From: Octopus sinensis
Lineage: Eukaryota
Length of the DNA stretch: 64,000 bases
Assembly (NCBI RefSeq): GCF_006345805.1
Contig: NC_042997.1
Location: 27,776,001-27,840,000, forward strand
Direction: 5' to 3'
Positions 12,480-26,436 of the stretch are shown here, in pieces. Each line of letters opens with the position of its first letter. The stretch's first letter is position 1. The notes beneath the pieces were generated by a model that saw only the letters and a list, made by a program, of their open reading frames with translations, was not told the DNA's origin and did no database searches. The position numbers and the translations under genes were made by a program.

Positions 12480-13330
12480 TTGTGTATGTAAGTCTCGTCT
12501 GATTAGAAGAATATCTAACCTAGAGCCATGCCTGTTTTATACATCCATGTTCCTGCAAACTTTTTTTATACATGATCTACTCTGATTTCTCATATATTTT
12601 GTACCATTAAACTCACCCTTAAGATTTCAAGGAGGTTCATCGTGCTGGCCGGGTTGAATATACTGATCTACATAATTGTGGATTTCAGAATTTATTGCAC
12701 ATATTTCCATCTACAAACAAGCAGGAACTGCTGACGACCAATGGAACAAATTAAATGATGTTTAATATTTGATATTTATGTATCAAACACATACAAGATT
12801 ATATATACAAGGATTTCAACATCCTTCCCATCTATTTTAAATCTTACGAAATTTGATAAATCCCACAACGTCTACAGGATAGCATTAACTGTATCATGTA
12901 ACAATGATGGTTAAATAGCACAAAGTCTCTTCTATTCAACAATGCATCGTTCAGCATTTCTCAAATAACAGCATTATACATGGTTCGATCAGACCATTTA
13001 ACTTGTACAGTGGTGTGTGCTCACTCTTCTTCCCTCTGTCTATGAGACCTATATTTTCGTTGCGATGTCGGTGTCATCATTTACATAAAAATCAGACTAA
13101 TGGGTGATGTTAGGATATACATTTGAAAATTTATCGCTTTTCTCTAATGCATATTCACACCATCCATTTTGTATAACATAATATTATGCATCATTATGTA
13201 ATACCAACACCACGCATCCAGTGTATATATAGCTCTATTATCAAGAATTTCGTAGAAGCGTCATCCTCGCTGCATTATATTTCAACATGTCTTTCATATT
13301 ATTTTGATTACCTTTCCGCATGATTTATGA
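12480..13330 (-). mobile_element. Possible highly decayed Helitron Rep/helicase (Pif1-like) remnant
   Basis: Short minus-strand peptide matches in the expected order: NVYPNIT (~13103-13125, cf. VFPNI), TMNLLEIL and FNGTK (~12595-12650, cf. PIMLLRNL..CNGTRL); many stops and frameshifts. Confidence 0.4.
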
Positions 13331-13453
13331 TAACCACTTTACTTGCTCTCATATGATGTGAATATATATGTTTTTGACTTCTATGTTGGTGTTTAGGTGT
13401 GCATACATGTGTATGCATGGTGGCGTATTTTTAAGCATATGCATGAATATGTG

Positions 13454-13949
13454 TACGAGATTTGATCAATAAGTATCCGGACTGTTGCCATAGTAACGAA
13501 GATAAAACACGCAGGGTAAAGCCGTTGCGCAAAGATTAACCCTGAAGGCTGCTGTGCACGCGCACTAGTATTTAACGTTCTAGCTCACTTCCGCTGTTTA
13601 CAGCACTGCTTGGAATTAAGGTGTGTACCGTGTGATTGTCGCATTGACCATGACAGAGGAAGGTGTCATGGAGATACTTGTTCAGAGGCCTACGAAAAGT
13701 TGCAGAAAGTGTATGGAGAGGAGTGTATGAGACGTGCACAAGTAGATTAGACGTCTCCAAGATGGCCGAAAAAATGTCGATATTGACGAACGTTCTGGGA
13801 GACCCGCGACCAGCAGAACTGAGAAAAATATTGCATACGCGCGTGAAGCTGTGAGGGGAAATCGTCGAATTCGAGAGTTATCAGAGGATGTGCAGGTTAG
13901 TTACGATTCAGTCCAGTCCATTATCACTGAGGATTTGAGTATGATACGT
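13454..13949 (+). mobile_element. Mariner family 2, 5' half with left TIR
   Basis: TA-CGAGATTTGATCAATAAGTATCCGGACTG terminus; decayed transposase ..EAYEKLQKVYGEECMRRAQV..DGRKNVDIDERSGRPATSRTEKNI..VRGNRR..ELSEDVQVSYDSVQSIITEDL. Confidence 0.9.
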
Positions 13950-14013
13950 ATGTATGTATTCACTTACGTTATATGCGCTTCGGCTCTTTGTGACTCTCCC
14001 TCTCCCTCTACCC

Positions 14014-14014
14014 A

Positions 14015-14106
<92 letters not shown>

Positions 14107-14252
14107 CATTCACCCACCAAAACACCCACCTAAAAACCAAACAACCTACCTACCTACCTACCTACCTACCTACCTACCTACCTACCTACCTACCTACCTA
14201 CCTACTACCTAGCTACCTACGTGCCTACCTACCTACCTACCAACCTACCTAC

Positions 14253-14319
<67 letters not shown>

Positions 14320-14320
14320 G
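14014..14320. repeat. (TATC)n/(TACC)n compound microsatellite
   Basis: Directly visible. Confidence 0.95.
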
Positions 14321-14859
14321 CTATGTAGGAAGCTCGCCAGCTACATAGATAAGAGGAGAGGGAGCTATCTCTCCTTCCCATTTTCTCCCTGTCTCTCTCT
14401 GTCTCTGTCTGTCTCGCGCTCTATATATATACGCATTTACGAGGAAAAGTTATTTTAAATTAATATTAAGAATAGCTACAGAATATGTACAGACAGAGTG
14501 TGCTCTTTCTATCACTTTTAACACACAAAGACGCACACACACTCGTGCCCATCCACTCGCATAGTCACATATATCATTCTAAGTAGCAACGAATGGGAAA
14601 TTCAGTACTAGGTAGACATGAGACATTTGTCTTAATTCAATAAGTAAGCTGTTGGGCAATACTTGAAATTCACACTATTTCAGAGATCCTTCTTCACTAT
14701 AGAACTAATAAAAACCTAATGAATGACAGTTACAATAAGGTCGAAGTACACAAACTTGCTATTGGCTAACCAGGCGTCTGAGACGTTAAACCAGATAATA
14801 AACCCTGCAGGTAACCCTCAGCTACTAAAAGCAGTGCAATGATTCGCAGTTATATCGAT

Positions 14860-14877
14860 TGCTACACACACACAAAT

Positions 14878-14925
<48 letters not shown>

Positions 14926-14940
14926 TTACAAGTATATATA

Positions 14941-15023
<83 letters not shown>

Positions 15024-15139
15024 TGTTTACACATATGTACACACACACAAATACAAATATATATATATATATATATATACTTACAAGTATATATATATAT
15101 GTGTGTATATATATATATTATATATATATATACATACAT

Positions 15140-15171
<32 letters not shown>

Positions 15172-15240
15172 CCTGTTTACACATATGTACACACATACAC
15201 ACACAGAGGCACAAATACACACGCGCGCACACACCCATAT
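14860..15240. repeat. Tandemly duplicated (TA)n-rich unit
   Basis: Markers ACACACACAAATACAAATAT, TACTTACAAGTAT and TCCTGTTTACACATATGTACACA each occur twice in the same order between (TA)n runs. Confidence 0.85.
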
Positions 15241-15308
15241 AAATAGTGTGTGAACTTGTGTGTAGGTATATATATACATATATGCATATACATACATTAG
15301 GTATCTTA

Positions 15309-15710
15309 TGCTTTATTCACAAGGAAAGCAGAGGAGCCGATGCTAGAAACTACAGACCTATATCTCCCAACTCACATGTCAGCAAAGGCATGGAACGCAT
15401 TGTCAGAAAGAAGCTGATCATTTTTTAGTAGAAAATGGCGTCTTCACAAACACGCAGTATGGCTTCCGTCACATTATTCGGACCGGATGCTCAGTCGTTC
15501 AAATGTAAATGCGATATTTCATGACTTTACCACGACCTTCGACAAAATCTGTCCCAAACTGCATGACCTTGTTATTGCTGGTAAAAACTTTGAAAAAGGC
15601 AGGATATGGGCAGTTGCAGCCAGTGGTGGTGTCTCTGAAGAGACATCAGCACTTATCGGAGTCCCGCGGGAAACAGTAGTGCTATTAGACTTGCTCTCTG
15701 CCGTATACTC
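15309..15710 (+). mobile_element. CR1/L2-like LINE reverse transcriptase fragment
   Basis: FIHKESRGADARNYRPISPNSHVSKGMERIVRKKL; QYGFR; NVNAIFHDFTTTFDKI; GVPRETV (cf. NYRPISL, QHGFR, YLDFAKAFDKV, SGVPQGTV). Confidence 0.88.
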
Positions 15711-16018
15711 TTCCTTTCTCACCAGAATGAATAAAGATAATAATGATAAATTAGAATAAATTATCGGAAGGGCGTGAGCGGGAATGAATGTTCGGTTGGT
15801 GGAGGCGTGAAGAATTTGAGTGGACGTTAATGGAGATGGGCAATTATGGTGGTATGTAGAACTGAGAATGGGTGGGTGAGGGTGAGAAGATGAGAAGGAT
15901 GTAAATGATAATGTGTGGTTTGAAGTCAATAGAGATTTCTCAGTTACGTGTATTTAACCTTGAACATATATATAAATGATGATCAGGTGCCAAAAAGTAA
16001 ATAATAAAATGATAATCA

Positions 16019-16220
16019 TCTTTTCTATTATAGATACAAGGCCTAAAAATTTGGGGGAGGGGACTAGTCGATTACATCGATCCAGGTCTGCAACTGGTAC
16101 TTATTTCATCGACCTCGAAGGATGAAGAGCAAAGTCGACTTCGGTAGCATTTGAATTTAGAATGTAAAGAGGGACGAAATACCGCTAAGCATTTTACCCG
16201 GTGTCCTAACGATTCTTCCA
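16019..16220 (-). mobile_element. SINE family C (tail variant C2)
   Basis: Reverse complement of the 61021-61250 core (AAATGCTTAGCGGTATTTCG, GTCGACTTTG..TTCATCC, AAGTACCAGTT) with a different 3' end. Confidence 0.85.
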
Positions 16221-16401
16221 AATAGAAAGAAGAGGAAAAATGGAAGAAGTAGAGGATGGAATAAAGATAATGAAGAGAAATAGATGGAGTAAAGAGGAAA
16301 GCAATGGGGGAAAAATAGACTACGGTATTAGATGGTATGCGAGGGAAGAGTCTTAATGAATAACGTAATGGTACTGAAGCGAATTAAAAATAAAATACAA
16401 A

Positions 16402-16794
16402 TCTCTCTATATATATAAAGCTGAAGTTGTCTGTGTATGGCAGGTTTGGTAGCCTTCAACTAACACTATCTCCTCCGAGACTCCGCAGCGCAAGTTGACC
16501 AAAATTGAGAGTATAATAGAAGAAGCCTTGCTCTTCCTTCCGTTGAAGAAAAATTTCAAATCGGACCATATTAACACCAAAAATTATTTACATAAAAAAG
16601 TGCTTTTTTTCTATCAAAATCCCTATTTTTTATAATTTTTTGACTACTGTGTCGCCATTTTTCGGTGTATTTCAACCAGAAAAATATTCACTTAAAGAGA
16701 ATAACAAGCTACATAATGCAAAATTTTTACTTTTCAAAAATTCCAAATCTAAAGGGTCGAAACAAACCCGAGCAACGCCGGGCGATACTGCTTG
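16402..16794 (+). mobile_element. Non-autonomous Helitron
   Basis: 5' TC start after A (TCTCTCTATATATATAAAGCTG), 3' GC-rich hairpin CCCGAGCAACGCCGGG at 16767-16782, then CTTG (cf. CTAG) followed by T; no TSD, A|T insertion. Confidence 0.85.
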
Positions 16795-17168
16795 TATAAA
16801 TTAAAGATGAATTAAAGATATAAATGTATACATATGCAGACACACACATGCACTCATACGCATATATACATACAGACACGTATACATACATACGTACATA
16901 CATACATACATACATACATACATACATACATACATACATACATACATACATACCGGAAATAGTATACAACAATTTTACTGAAAACAACTTCCACTATATA
17001 CAATAACACGTACTTGAAAATGTTAAGAGCTGAAAGCGCTTCCACATTTATAAAAGCAAAGCATACACACATTTTGTGAAACGTCTTTCCAAAGTTTAGT
17101 CTTTCGACTTTCTAAAAAGTTTCCTTTCTCAAAAAAATCGCTGAATACACACGCGCGCGCACACACAC

Positions 17169-17201
<33 letters not shown>

Positions 17202-17220
17202 TATCTCTCTATCTATATAC

Positions 17221-17319
<99 letters not shown>

Positions 17320-17820
17320 CATCTATCTACCAAATAGCTTAGTAAACATGATAAATAATTTGGATGCCCGGCGCCTATGGCTCCGCAAATGTGATAGGCA
17401 TTATTACAATTTGTGCAGAAAAATTATAAAATAATGGAAAATCGTGCATTTCCAGCAGCAAAGTAAAAGAAGATGGTTCAAATATTTATACGAAATATAG
17501 AAAAGTACAAAATGATAAGATATGAAGATACATGCAAATACCCACGAACACGAAGCACACCTATACTCTGATAACGTGTTCGGTTGTAGTTTTGTTTTTC
17601 TATTTCCATAAGTCATTATTATTTTTAATGCAAGTTATAAATACTTTTCACTTTCATGATAAACTTTATCTCTTAATTGAAAATTCCCCCCCCCCTATTA
17701 CTGCTACTCAAGATGTACGTTTTCCAATATAATTTTTTCGTATTGTGACCTTTCATTTTGTTTTTGCCAGAGGTGACACCTATATGTTATGTGCAGGTTG
17801 GCATGATAAATGTTTTTAGA

Positions 17821-17838
17821 TGCATCATCATCATCATT

Positions 17839-17869
<31 letters not shown>

Positions 17870-17920
17870 CCACCACCACCACCACCACCACCACAACCAC
17901 CACCACCACCAACACCATCG

Positions 17921-17972
<52 letters not shown>

Positions 17973-18050
17973 ATTATTATTACCATCATTATTATTATCA
18001 TGGTTATTGTTGTTGTTGTTGTTGTTGTTATTGTTCTTATTATTCTTCTT
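17821..18050. repeat. Compound trinucleotide microsatellite (CAT)n(CAC)n(CAT)n(TAT)n(TGT)n
   Basis: Directly visible; source of the poly-His, poly-Ser and poly-Ile ORFs. Confidence 0.95.
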
Positions 18051-18061
18051 CGTATGATCTT

Positions 18062-18395
18062 GTTATCACAAGTTTCGTTGGAGCTCTTGGAGTTTGCGTA
18101 GCAGGCTTACTGCCTGCAGCCTACGGTAACATGCTATTCGTTCTTTTCAGCTATCTAATACTTTCCAGGTTATTCTGGCCGTGCAAAGGAGGCAAACCTT
18201 TTGTAACAGTTCTATTCCGATTTCCTTTATATTCCTTTTGGTGCCCTCTGATACTGATCCCAAGAACTCAAAAATAATTGGCGCTATCTTCACCTTCTTC
18301 ATTTCGTATAACTATTTCGTACATAAGAGGGTTGTATCTATCTATCTTTTTGACTTCCTTCCTGACTATTCCTGGGTCAAAGGGGCATGCAACAA
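18062..18395 (-). mobile_element. 3' end of an R4/Dong-like (RLE) non-LTR retrotransposon
   Basis: Minus strand IVACPFDPGIVRKEVKKIDRYNPLMYEI /frameshift/ MKKVKIAPIIFEFLGSVSEGTKRNIKEIGIELLQKVCLLCTARITWKVLDS*, the RLE C-terminus (D..P.D..EK..KY..L..PI..GALG..LQK..LLGTARI); flanked by GAT/AAT/AAC repeats. Confidence 0.85.
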
Positions 18396-19585
18396 TCATC
18401 ATTATCATCGTCATCATCATCATCATTAGTAGTAGTAGTATTATATTTGCAAATGAACCGAGTAGTTTAGCAGATCATATATTGTAACTAAATTTGTTGT
18501 TTCGAAGAAGGCAAGCATAGATTTTGTGGTATATTTACCCAATCAGCTACCTCTGAGGCTTGTTGAGTTTGAGAAATGTTCGACTGTCCTCCTCCCGCTA
18601 AACTATGTCAAAATTTGAGACTATCGTTGTTTCAATTGTTGGGTTGTTTGTTTTCTCCGGTAAGTTACAAACACTAACACGAAAACACACTAACACAAAG
18701 CTCATTTATATATATACACACCTATATACACACATATACGCATACTCTCTCTCTCTCTCTCTCTCTCACTCTCTCCCACACACATACATATATAGAGAAA
18801 TACAAAGAGTTTCTCTCGACCAAATTTATTGAAAAGGCATTAGTCAATCCAAGAATATAAATTATTTGTTTATAAATCATTTATATATATCACATGTGTA
18901 CACTTGTTTATGATGTGCATGCTGGCGTTAATATATGATCTGAATGCTTTGAACTGCATATTTTATAAGAAATGTTCTGTTATGTATTTCAAGGCTTATA
19001 TAAATTTATTCAATATTCTGTTGCATCTTATTTCATCATACATATTTCACTTTTTACATATATGTTAAAAAAAAGGCATATCACTATTTGGTTTATTACC
19101 TTGTACACGTATAAACATCATACATAAATACGTTAGTTGGACATTCCTATATACATCTGCGATTATGCCTCTATACTTGGATGTTTGCGTTCGTGCACTT
19201 GGTATATTAAGTGATTGAGGCGGTACGTGTATATATATATACATGTGTGCATGTATGTATAGGCGTGTGTGTATAGATGTGCACATATAAGTATGCATAC
19301 AAACATATTTGTGCTTAAATATGTATATATGCTTGTATATCGATGAGAGTGTATTGGTGTGTGTGTATAACTGTAGGACTAATACTGCATATGCAGATGC
19401 ATTATTAATAAGTTTGGCTAGGATTATATACGTGTATACGACATCAAATTTATATATGGCTTTTCAGTTATATGTATGGTTATGGGTATGCATTTCATTA
19501 ATTTATAAATGTGTTTGCGTGCGTGCGTCAAGAAGCACATACATATGTATAGATATAATGTGTATGAATGCATAAATAATAGCCT

Positions 19586-19849
<264 letters not shown>

Positions 19850-19865
19850 TTGTACCCTAATTGGG

Positions 19866-20158
<293 letters not shown>

Positions 20159-20943
20159 ATATATATATAATACATATATGTTTAGCAGCTGCACCCAATA
20201 GTGCTCAGGGTTATTAATACCTAAAATAAATATAATTACATAATAAATTAACAAATTCACTATATTTTAGATACACATTTTATAATATTGATGGTAATCA
20301 TCAATTATCCCATGAATGTCGCTTCCCCAATAATATTGCAATCAAAATTTTCAGAATAGTGTTCAAACGAAACGTCAGAAAATTAAATAAAAATTGAGCA
20401 AGCAGATATAAATATCTAAAATATGCAATCTCTTAATTTTTTTTTCAGAAATTATATGCTTATTTTGATAATGTCATACTCATCTACATAATTGCAGCAA
20501 ATGAGTTAAAATTTTTTTTTTCCAATATCAGTGCTTGAGTGCAAATTCGGTGAATCCTTTCGTCTTATGGTCCAAAAAGGGCAAATTACAGAAAAAAAAA
20601 GTTTTATATGCAATGACATTCTAAATGCCGTACAATGACATTCTAAATGGTTGAACAAGTGAGTGACGAAAAAAAAAAAAAAAGGCACCGTGATAAGATG
20701 TACGTCTATGCAACATTTGGTGCAAAACGATGGCTTCCAACTTCGAACATAAACACATGTACTTTCATATATTAAGGCAGATGTGTTATAAATACGTGTA
20801 TGTGAGGATTGGTGTGTTTGTGTATACACCATATATATATAAGCAAATTATTTGTATAGATTATTTGTATACAGATTAGCGATTCGCTAAATCATCCGTA
20901 TATATATATATTTATACATATATATATATATATACACGAAGAC

Positions 20944-21002
<59 letters not shown>

Positions 21003-21463
21003 CAATATAAATATATATCAATATATTTATCAATTCAGTATTTCTACTGAATTTTTTGCTACCCTATATTGATAAATTATGAATTTTCTGTTTAATTCCG
21101 AAATGGAATCGGCAGCGTATATTTGCTGCCAATAAATTTGGCGCGAGTACGATGATTTGAAAATTTTAGGTCAGATATTGCCGAGACAGTTGTTGGTGCT
21201 GCCTCGTGAAAATATCGGTCCCATTCTGACTTACTTTACTGATGAATTTGTTGGCCTATGGAAGATTAGCTTGCTTTAATTTAATCAGGCTGATTTACCA
21301 TTAAAAAACAAAAGAAACGATGCATTGTATAAAGTATTACAGGGTAAATGTTTTTTTAATTTTCTCCTGGTTTACGGAATTAATACCTTTTTTGCGGTTA
21401 AAGCCTTGGCTGCTATTTCTAGCGGGATGAACGGCCTATTATGGTCGTTCCTAAATTTTGCTG

Positions 21464-21504
<41 letters not shown>

Positions 21505-21599
21505 TAAATGAAAGAATGGAGTCGAACGAAGATGTTAATAAAATTACTTTACTCTCGACAAATGTTTCGAATCTTCCATGCTGACGATAAACATAGAAT

Positions 21600-21613
21600 A
21601 ATTCATTCACCTA

Positions 21614-21662
<49 letters not shown>

Positions 21663-21737
21663 GCGTGTGTATGTGTGTGTATACTTCTGACACTGAGTTT
21701 TAGCACATGCATATTTTGTATTCATTCACACGGAGAC

Positions 21738-21793
<56 letters not shown>

Positions 21794-21865
21794 CATATGC
21801 GTGTGTATGTGTGTGTATACCTCTGACTGTGTTTTAGCACATGCCTATTTTGTATTCATGCACCT
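21600..21865. repeat. Local tandem duplication of a (TA)n plus unique unit
   Basis: ACATATGCGTGTGTATGTGTGTGTATAC..TTTTAGCACATGC.TATTTTGTATTCAT occurs twice (~21657 and ~21793). Confidence 0.85.
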
Positions 21866-22713
21866 ATCAATGCGTTTATGTTTGTGTCTAAGTTCTGAGA
21901 TTGATGTATTTGTTTAAAGCCTTCAAGTGCTTTTGCTAAATTATATCGAGCTCATTATAGAGTTACTTCAACAAAGAGCGTGTGTTTGCGTGTTTTATTG
22001 TGTTTGTGTGTTTGTGTTCTTATGTTTTTTTTGTGTTTCTATTTTTGTGTTTGTGTTTGTTTGCATTTGATTGTTTGTACGTGAGTGTGTTTGTGTGTAT
22101 GTGAGTGTATGTGTGTGTTTGTGCATTAAATCCTTTTTTTGTGTCTCTGCATGGTTACTGTTTATGTTTTTCTTAAATAACATCTATGGCGACAAACATC
22201 GTGTTTGCATTTTTTTCCTTTTGGCATCTCTACATTTCTATTTTAATAAGATATATAATGTTCTATTTCAGAAGTTTTATAGTGCATTATTTTATACAGC
22301 TACTAGCATGAAAAAAGTTTCTCATGTGGCCAGTAGTGGTTCTAAATTTGACAATTAACCTCAAACTTAGTCGATTGGAAAACTAGAATCAGTATTCTCA
22401 GTTCAATTTATGATTCATTTTTTAAAACATTTATTTTTTTAAAACATTTATATGAGCTAAGTTATAAGTATGTAATCCAGTTGACATTGTAAAGTATACA
22501 ACTCTGACAAACTCATTAAAGAATGAGTTACGTAAACAGTGCTTTTTGAGGGTTTGTTTCATATCGTATCAGTTTTGAATTTGTTTTTTTCTTTTATTGC
22601 AGCCTCAGTGAAGCCATTACGAAATAGAGCTATGACCAACGCTATATTAGACTTGACCAGCCTGTTGGTTCGTATAGTTATTCATGAATATCATCTTTGT
22701 TTTGAAGACGCTT

Positions 22714-23083
22714 ATTCTTTCATTCTTTTACTTGTTTCAGCTACTTGACTGCAGCCGTGGTGGAGCAGCGCCTTGAAGTGATTTTTAGGTTTAGTATTTA
22801 TTCTATCGTTCTCTTTTGCCGAACCACTAGGTTATAAGGACGTAAACACACCAACACTGGTTATCAAGCTGTGATGTGTGTTTGGGGGGAACAAATACAG
22901 AAGCGAAGACACACACACACATATACACGACGGTCTTCTTTCGGTTTCCGCCTATCAAATCCACTCACAAGGCTTTGGTCGGCCGGAATATAGATTAGAA
23001 GACACTTGCCCAAAACACCACACAGTGGGACTGAACCCAGAACCATGTGGTTGGGAAGCAAGCTTCTTACCACGCCTGCGCCT
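22714..23083 (-). mobile_element. SINE family A, near full length
   Basis: Reverse complement of the head, core and tail seen at 37238. Confidence 0.9.
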
Positions 23084-23730
23084 GGGTGTAATTTGACATA
23101 AAATTGGCTGCTATGTTAAGAAGGTCTGGTGTTCATATGGGGCTCCCCCATCAGTTGGTATTACATATCATAGATAGATATGTGCCACTGATTACATACT
23201 ACAACTGGTTTTCGTTAAGAAGCTTCAACTAAATGTTATAATATTTAGATACCATGATATTTTCTGCATACTACTTTGAAAAAAAGAAATGTTCGTTTAC
23301 CCATCGAATGAAGTTTACTGACATAACTCCGAAATATCACGATCTGAATATACAATGCATGATTTGGCTAAGCTCCATTATTAATATCGGCAATCTTATT
23401 TCTTACAATAGTTTATAAATAGAAACAAAATAAGACAAAAACACGTAATTTTTTTACTTTTCTATAACATTTACATTCCAATGCTGTCTTATCATCTGGT
23501 TTTCTTACGTGTAAAATACTGCTCAATCACTGAAATTATAATTCTACCTGATATTTAAAAACAAAATTTTATATTCACTTCATATTACAAGCCCCGTGAA
23601 ATGAAATTGGTTCATGTTAATATTATTCAGACTTAGGTCAGTTCTGTTCAACTTAGCCCATGATCAAAAGGCCTTCAAACCGTGAAATGGTTTTTATTTT
23701 CCTTTTAGGTAATATGTATTTAGTTTTCTA

Positions 23731-23955
23731 GGGGCGCGTGGCTCAGCGGTTAAGGTATTGGACTCATGATCTTAAGCTTGTGGCTTCGATTCTTGCATCG
23801 GGCGATGTGATGTGTTCTGGAACAAAATACTCTATTTTACGTTGCTTTAATCTATTCAGCTGTCAAAAATGAATATTCTTGCCATGGACCGGGGTCTCGT
23901 CTTGGGGTGAGGGGAATATATACGCTACAGAATCCAGGAAACCGGCTTTATGGGA
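23731..23955 (+). mobile_element. SINE family B, B2-like head with a different tail (tail 3)
   Basis: GGGGCGCGTGGCTCAGCGGTTAAGG...GCTTCGATTC head and central region collinear with 8665-8988, then diverges after AAAAATGA into GCCATGGACCGG..CAGAATCCAGGAAACCGGC. Confidence 0.7.
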
Positions 23956-24473
23956 AAGGAACTTTGATCATTTTTGCTATCCAGTTTCACATTAGACAAT
24001 ATGCCGAATTTGTAAAACGGCACGTTGTGATTTAACGAGATTTGACCGTTTTTTTTTCTAATAGGTAGAGTGTAGCTAAACTCCTGCTGAGTTCGAACCA
24101 TTGCATTCATATATCCCAGCTTCGGGCAACGGTTACTACTAAAGCCATTAAGCTCAGGCGATTGCGATTTAGGCAGTCAGATTGACCTTCCTGATAAATG
24201 GTCTGTGGAAGATTCTAAATGTTGCAGGCCGATAAGCAATAAATGAATGAGTGAATTATACTTTAAGTAGAGCTATCCAAGGTTTACATGAGCCATGTAG
24301 CATTTTCCTCCAATCGATTGTCTCTCACCTCTCACCTTGCTTAACTTAATGGAACAGAGAATCGCTAAGCCGTCCAGGGGAATGCGTGTTACTTGCTTCA
24401 ATGAATTCTCTTAATCCCCGCTTTCCCTTTTAAGTAACATGTTTAAGTTGTAGTCAGCAAAAAGGCTCTAACC

Positions 24474-24877
24474 TTTACTTGCAGTGTCTAGTAACAACCA
24501 TTAATTATATGCAGAGAGGAATTTCCTTGTACTACCTTCATAATGTTACCCAACGAATTAGATACAGAAGATTTCTAACCGTTATGTTCATTGATCATTG
24601 ATACATTAATTCTTTGAATATATATTTGTAAACATAACGATGCAGATTTATAAGATATGCGGAAGCTCAAACTTTAACGTGGTCAATGTCTACACACGCA
24701 ACATTTCTAATATGTGAACAATCTAATAAGAATTCAAGGAATTAATGTATCAATGTTCAATGAACATAAGGGTTAGAAATCTTCTGTATATAATTCGTTG
24801 GATAGCTTTATGAAGGTACTACAAGGAAATTCCTCTCTGCATATAATTAATGGTTGTTACTAGACACTACAAGTAAA
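24474..24877. repeat. Inverted repeat, 146-bp arms, 112-bp spacer
   Basis: 24474-24619 vs 24732-24877 reverse complement, 9 mismatches and no indels (counted by eye). Confidence 0.95.
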
Positions 24878-25215
24878 TTTGTAATGTTTCCTGATACAGG
24901 TTCGATTTTAGTAAAGAAATCCCATTCTACTGTATGATCGTTCTTGCAAAATTCTGCTATAGCAAGTAAACTATAAGGAGGAAATTGAAATTCACCACAA
25001 TGACAGGCGTTTAACGTTATATAATATGTTTCTTTTAATTCTATATCGCAAAACACGAACAAGAACTTGTTGCAAGTTTCTAATATGAAATTTGCTGGTA
25101 CATTACATTTCTGACAACACGATTCACAAGTCAATGCTTGTAACTCGAGCTTGTAACTCGAGTTGATTGCTGTTTTTAAAGCATTAATATGTTCGATTCT
25201 TTCCTCAGTATTCAT
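24847..25215 (-). CDS. Hypothetical 122-aa Cys-containing ORF of unknown nature
   Basis: Non-repetitive open frame (..TCESCCQKC..CHCGEF..) with TATAAAG about 40 nt upstream of the ATG; no family recognised; could be chance. Confidence 0.2.
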   Translation of the reverse strand: MNTEERIEHINALKTAINSSYKLELQALTCESCCQKCNVPANFILETCNKFLFVFCDIELKETYYITLNACHCGEFQFPPYSLLAIAEFCKNDHTVEWDFFTKIEPVSGNITNLLVVSSNNH

Positions 25216-25278
25216 ATTCCTTTGTCACTATGTGCATGTAAATACGTCCTTTATATGTATTTTTTGTGTTTGTGTGTG

Positions 25279-25321
<43 letters not shown>

Positions 25322-26226
25322 TGCGTGCGTGTGTGTGTGTGTGTGAGAACTGATTCGAAGTCAACATCAACTTCCATCCAGTACTAAAACACGTCGTGCG
25401 CATGTGTGTGGCTGTGTGTGTGCATGTGTGTGTGCATATGTGTTTTACACAAACACACACACATGTATATGTTAGGTATATATATATATATGGCATAATG
25501 GATTAAAGAAACAGATGAATTTGGTATCATTCATTATTGTATGCTACGATTGTTTCGACCCATCTTGCCACTATCCCTTATGGGTGGGATGCTCTGAATC
25601 ATATTGTGTTGCATCATTTTTGCAGTCTGGGTCCCTAAGAATCTTGAGTTTGGGCGGCCATGTTGTTATTTGTCCGCTTCAGTTAGGGAACAAGGTATTG
25701 CTACAATTGTCCTTATATTAAATATTCATAACAAATAATTGCAAATAATTGTAAATATAAACGTATAAACAGCAGACAAGAAAAAAAGAGAAAGAAAGGA
25801 AGAGTCTTACAAGGGAAAGTAAATGGGAGAGGGACATAGATAGGATTAGACACAGGTCTAATCCTATTAGAGAGCGACATTGATAGGATGAGACCTGTTG
25901 AAGGATAAGATTGCATTAAGCTTAAATCGAGGGAAAGTTACTACACTTGCTAACACGGGTCGGGATGCGTGTAGACACGTACGCACACATACTCATCCAC
26001 ACAAAGATGTAGGCATCCACACTCATCCTGGTCCTTGTCGGCCGAAATTTCTACAGTTTGTAATCGGAAGATAAGTGCCTTAAATGCTTGTCATCCCAGT
26101 TACTTTAAAGTTAGGGCAGGGTTTAGGTAGATGTCGTGTGGGAGACTGTGCAGAGCGTACTTTAAATATAGCTCACTGGTTTGTCGATTCTTCCAACAGT
26201 CACAGATGGCCGGACCCACTCGCATG

Positions 26227-26263
<37 letters not shown>

Positions 26264-26361
26264 TTACACACACATATATATATATATATATGTATATACA
26301 TGTATTTACCTATATACACACATATACACGCACACACGTTCACAAAGACACAGACCACCAA

Positions 26362-26436
<75 letters not shown>

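Noticed and set aside
17810-18277. Poly-His / Ser-Pro / Cys ORFs resembling a low-complexity protein
   Set aside because: They are compound trinucleotide microsatellites running into the antisense strand of an RLE LINE fragment.
21239-21245. CTGATGA motifs here and at 9051, 28823 and 56534 as hammerhead cores
   Set aside because: No stem II plus GAAA plus stem I partner; the 28823 hit is part of the SINE A tail.
25543-25600. Minus-strand GGTCGAAACAATCGTAGC resembling a Penelope hammerhead 3' half
   Set aside because: No CUGANGA or stem I 5' strand found upstream.
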